Source: Patescibacteria group bacterium (GTDB taxonomy: Bacteria; Patescibacteriota; Minisyncoccia; Minisyncoccales; UBA10102). Taken from it: a stretch of 64,000 nucleotides of DNA. The stretch covers positions 67,874 through 131,873 of the forward strand of contig JANBVJ010000002.1 of NCBI GenBank assembly GCA_024239055.1. Direction: 5' to 3'. This document shows, one piece after another, positions 61,897-64,000 of the stretch. The notes under the pieces were generated by a model. That model had not been told where the DNA came from. It worked only from the letters and a program-made list of their open reading frames with translations, and made no database searches. The translations under genes and the position numbers were made by a program. Numbering within the stretch: the stretch's first letter is position 1; the number at the start of each line of letters is the position of its first letter.

Positions 61897-62403
61897 CTAA
61901 AATCCAAAAAATTCTGGTATTTGAATTATTCCCATCAAAGCAATCATTCCAAGTGAAAACCTAACGAAATGACCAATTAGTACGTATGGCAGTAATCTTC
62001 TAAATCCTAGCCTCTCAAGTCCTGCAACAAAAACTATCGTATCACCAATAATTCCTAGAAATGGTGTTACGAGAAAGATGAATCTGTATTTGTGTAAAAG
62101 ATGATCTGCCTTTGCAAGTTCTTTACTTTTTCTTTTGACAACATGAAAAACACCTCTTCCTGCTAAATACAAAATGTAATCACCTGCAACTGCTCCTAAC
62201 CATGCCACTAAGACTAAAGCAATAGGTGAAACTCCTGACTGTAATAATGGAAATGATAAAATTTCTACTGGAATTGATTTTACAGAAGGTATTATTGTCC
62301 ATACAAATACAAAAAATGTTCCAAATGTTGCGAATAATGGATGTAATATTATTTGATTTATTAATTCCTGAAAGACTACCAACACTTGATCATGGAAAGT
62401 CAA
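61897..62403 (-). CDS. DedA/VTT (SNARE-associated) family membrane protein
   Basis: GAVAGDYILYLAGRG and FLVTPFLGIIGDTIVFVAGLERLGFRRLLPYVLIGHFVR match the DedA core motifs. TTG start overlaps the upstream TGA (TTGA). Confidence 0.7.
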   Translation of the reverse strand: MTFHDQVLVVFQELINQIILHPLFATFGTFFVFVWTIIPSVKSIPVEILSFPLLQSGVSPIALVLVAWLGAVAGDYILYLAGRGVFHVVKRKSKELAKADHLLHKYRFIFLVTPFLGIIGDTIVFVAGLERLGFRRLLPYVLIGHFVRFSLGMIALMGIIQIPEFFGF

Positions 62404-62519
62404 AACGGAAAGTCAATTCCCAAATCTCTAAAAAATAATATTGCTTTTATCAACTCAAATAACTCTGCAAACCTCATCTGTAATTCCATGAAAAGTCCTG
62501 AAATACTTTCTGCTCCCAT
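62400..62519 (-). CDS. Possible mini-protein (39 aa), below ORF-track cutoff
   Basis: MGAESISGLFMELQMRFAELFELIKAILFFRDLGIDFPF. TAATG overlap upstream and TTGA overlap downstream, so it bridges two genes exactly. Confidence 0.35.
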   Translation of the reverse strand: MGAESISGLFMELQMRFAELFELIKAILFFRDLGIDFPF

Positions 62520-62746
62520 TACAATCGCCTAAGCCAACCCATTCCTTTTTTGTTCCTGAAACTCCAATAGGAACCAACAAGTCCAACTAATACTAGAATA
62601 ATTCCAATAAGTGTTATCATGCGATCAGTTTGCTGAGCACCAAACCAAATTACTGCCAAGCCTACCAATGCAATTATAATCAGTATTCTTGTCTGCATAT
62701 TATAAAATTGGAAGGGGTTTGTTCCCCAACCAAGTTGTGTTGCCAA
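62519..62746 (-). CDS. Two-pass membrane protein (75 aa)
   Basis: TTG start. Two hydrophobic helices. An ATTTTAG element lies 35 nt upstream. Confidence 0.55.
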   Translation of the reverse strand: MATQLGWGTNPFQFYNMQTRILIIIALVGLAVIWFGAQQTDRMITLIGIILVLVGLVGSYWSFRNKKGMGWLRRL

Positions 62747-62793
62747 TATCCCTACCAGTTTTTAATTGGAAGGTTACTCTAAAATAGTAAAAA

Positions 62794-63012
62794 TTATCGA
62801 AGGTCATCAGAAGTTGATATACCATCGTGCATTGATGCTCGATATAGTTTTGATCCATCTTGATAATGAACAATTTCTACACCATCACTTCTGAATTCTG
62901 AAACTCCTTGATTTTGATCAGTTTCATCTGTTTGTGCAGACACGAGATCAAGTGCGTATAAACTACCAAGTCCAATGACTGCTACTGCCAATAGAATCAT
63001 TAATGATCTCAT
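62794..63012 (-). CDS. Small secreted protein (72 aa)
   Basis: Signal peptide MRSLMILLAVAVIGLGSLYALDLVSA/QT. Confidence 0.55.
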   Translation of the reverse strand: MRSLMILLAVAVIGLGSLYALDLVSAQTDETDQNQGVSEFRSDGVEIVHYQDGSKLYRASMHDGISTSDDLR

Positions 63013-63018
63013 GCCCGA

Positions 63019-63231
63019 CTACGAATTGGTTATTTTATTAATAAACTTGGCTACAGATCCGTTAAATTCAGCGAGTAAACCCAAGAATGCAAAGCCAAAT
63101 CCTGTTACTACGAATGGATTAATCTGACTGTTGAAAAATTCAATTTTCAGACCTTCAAAAACTACGAATCCCAAGAAGAAGAAAAACACTGACACTCCAA
63201 AAAATATTCTGGAAGTAGTGATTTTTGCCAA
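63019..63231 (-). CDS. Two-pass membrane protein (70 aa)
   Basis: MAKITTSRIFFGVSVFFFFLGFVVF ... FVVTGFGFAFLGLLA. Abuts the upstream gene. Confidence 0.55.
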   Translation of the reverse strand: MAKITTSRIFFGVSVFFFFLGFVVFEGLKIEFFNSQINPFVVTGFGFAFLGLLAEFNGSVAKFINKITNS

Positions 63232-64000
63232 TCAGTTTCCACCATTAATTACATCTCTAACCATTTCAGTATTAAATGGTCTGAGAATTGGACACTGTTC
63301 TTGTAGATTTTGAACTGGATCATCTGCTCGTGCCAATAATAATGTGTCAACAAATCCAAAACACGTTATGCTTATGATTGGATTGTTTACTTGGTCATCT
63401 AGTCTATCTGCTAATATTACTTGTCTTTCTGGATCAGTTTCACCTCTTAGTTCAGCGAACCTTGCTCGAATCTCTGTAACTTCTGATGTTGAAAATGAAT
63501 TTTCCAACCTTTGTCTTAGTTTTGTAAGAATTGTTCTCTGGTCATCATCATCTTCTATGTCTGTTACTGGTACAACCACTATTGGAACATCTGATACTCT
63601 AATAGTATTAGGTTCAATCAATCCCATTCCTAACTTTGGTTCAATTAACACTCTACCTTCTGCAAGTTCTCTTGCTCTCTGTTGCATTTGAATTGAAATT
63701 CTTTCTTGCTCATTAGTTGCCTGAGCAAGTTCCCTTCTTTCATCTGCATTCTGTTGTGTTTGATCAATAATATTTTGTGCTCTTTCTAATCTTTGAATTA
63801 TTACTTCTGCCTGTCTTAATTTTTGTCCCTGAATTTCTTTCAGTCTTTCAATAGGTATCATTTTTCCCTGACTCTCTAACACTTCTGCCTCTCGATCTCG
63901 TTCTTCTGAATGTTTTAGAATCAATTCTGCTTTACGTTCATCTTGAAATGTGAATGCTTCTTGTAAATTCTCAATTGCTAATTTGATACCGTAGAAAGGT
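63232..64000 (-). CDS. 5'-truncated CDS, coiled-coil/acidic protein (continues past window end)
   Basis: The ORF track starts at a TTG (63924), but the frame stays open to position 64000 (..PFYGIKLAIENLQEAFTFQDERKAELILKHSEE..). Q/E/R-rich helical N-part, acidic middle. Confidence 0.7.
   Translation of the reverse strand, partial: PFYGIKLAIENLQEAFTFQDERKAELILKHSEERDREAEVLESQGKMIPIERLKEIQGQKLRQAEVIIQRLERAQNIIDQTQQNADERRELAQATNEQERISIQMQQRARELAEGRVLIEPKLGMGLIEPNTIRVSDVPIVVVPVTDIEDDDDQRTILTKLRQRLENSFSTSEVTEIRARFAELRGETDPERQVILADRLDDQVNNPIISITCFGFVDTLLLARADDPVQNLQEQCPILRPFNTEMVRDVINGGN

Larger units (their letters stand above)
1..64000 (-). mobile_element. Putative virus/provirus or large extrachromosomal element segment (probably archaeal); both boundaries lie outside the window
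   Basis: All credible ORFs lie on one strand across 64 kb, tightly packed with overlapping stop/start codons. Most products are orphan small proteins. Recognisable genes are an HNH nuclease, MT-A70 methyltransferase, ParB-like protein and packaging-type P-loop ATPase. No housekeeping genes, rRNA or tRNA seen. Confidence 0.45.

Noticed and set aside
341-63691. All plus-strand ORFs in the track (for example 341-925, 2201-2665, 18967-19233, 19297-19668, 24192-24512, 33896-34366, 41551-41964, 46622-47035, 50019-50444, 55052-55384, 56570-56887, 59701-60066, 63344-63691).
   Set aside because: Each lies antisense inside a longer minus-strand ORF that has sensible protein features. Their translations are low-complexity (S/L/F/I-rich), as expected for shadow frames of AT-rich coding DNA. 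None has its own intergenic space or signals.

Overview
AT-rich 64-kb window (roughly one-third G+C by eye). Every credible gene is on the minus strand. Genes are packed head-to-tail with many 1-4 nt stop/start overlaps (TAATG, ATGA, GTGA, TTGA), and TTG/GTG starts are frequent. I found no rRNA, tRNA, CRISPR array, transposase, integrase, polymerase, reverse transcriptase, or recognisable capsid/portal gene. Layout: (i) 1-17.9 kb holds small, mostly orphan genes, many of them membrane or zinc-ribbon proteins. The few recognisable functions are an HNH nuclease, an MT-A70 adenine methyltransferase, a ParB-like protein, a 540-aa packaging-type P-loop ATPase and a membrane-anchored Kazal-like domain. 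(ii) Two long repeat-rich non-coding regions lie at 6784-8062 and 11478-12117. The second is iteron-like, extremely GATC-dense, and sits directly upstream of the ParB-like gene. (iii) 18.0-54.2 kb is an uninterrupted block of 13 genes for giant or secreted, N- and often C-terminally anchored, N-x-S/T-rich proteins. These include a 5089-aa and a 1344-aa protein and a tandem family of five paralogs. (iv) 54.3-64 kb holds small membrane proteins plus three tandem ~345-aa paralogs bracketed by strong oligo-T terminators and a conserved promoter-like element. My reading is a segment of a large virus/provirus or other extrachromosomal element of an AT-rich archaeon; this is inference, not proven. 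The best candidate for an undescribed system is the 36-kb surface-protein block together with its recurrent palindromic operator-like site. One gene in that block is interrupted at an A9 tract, suggesting frameshift or phase variation. Functional calls rest on motifs read by eye; no database search was possible.
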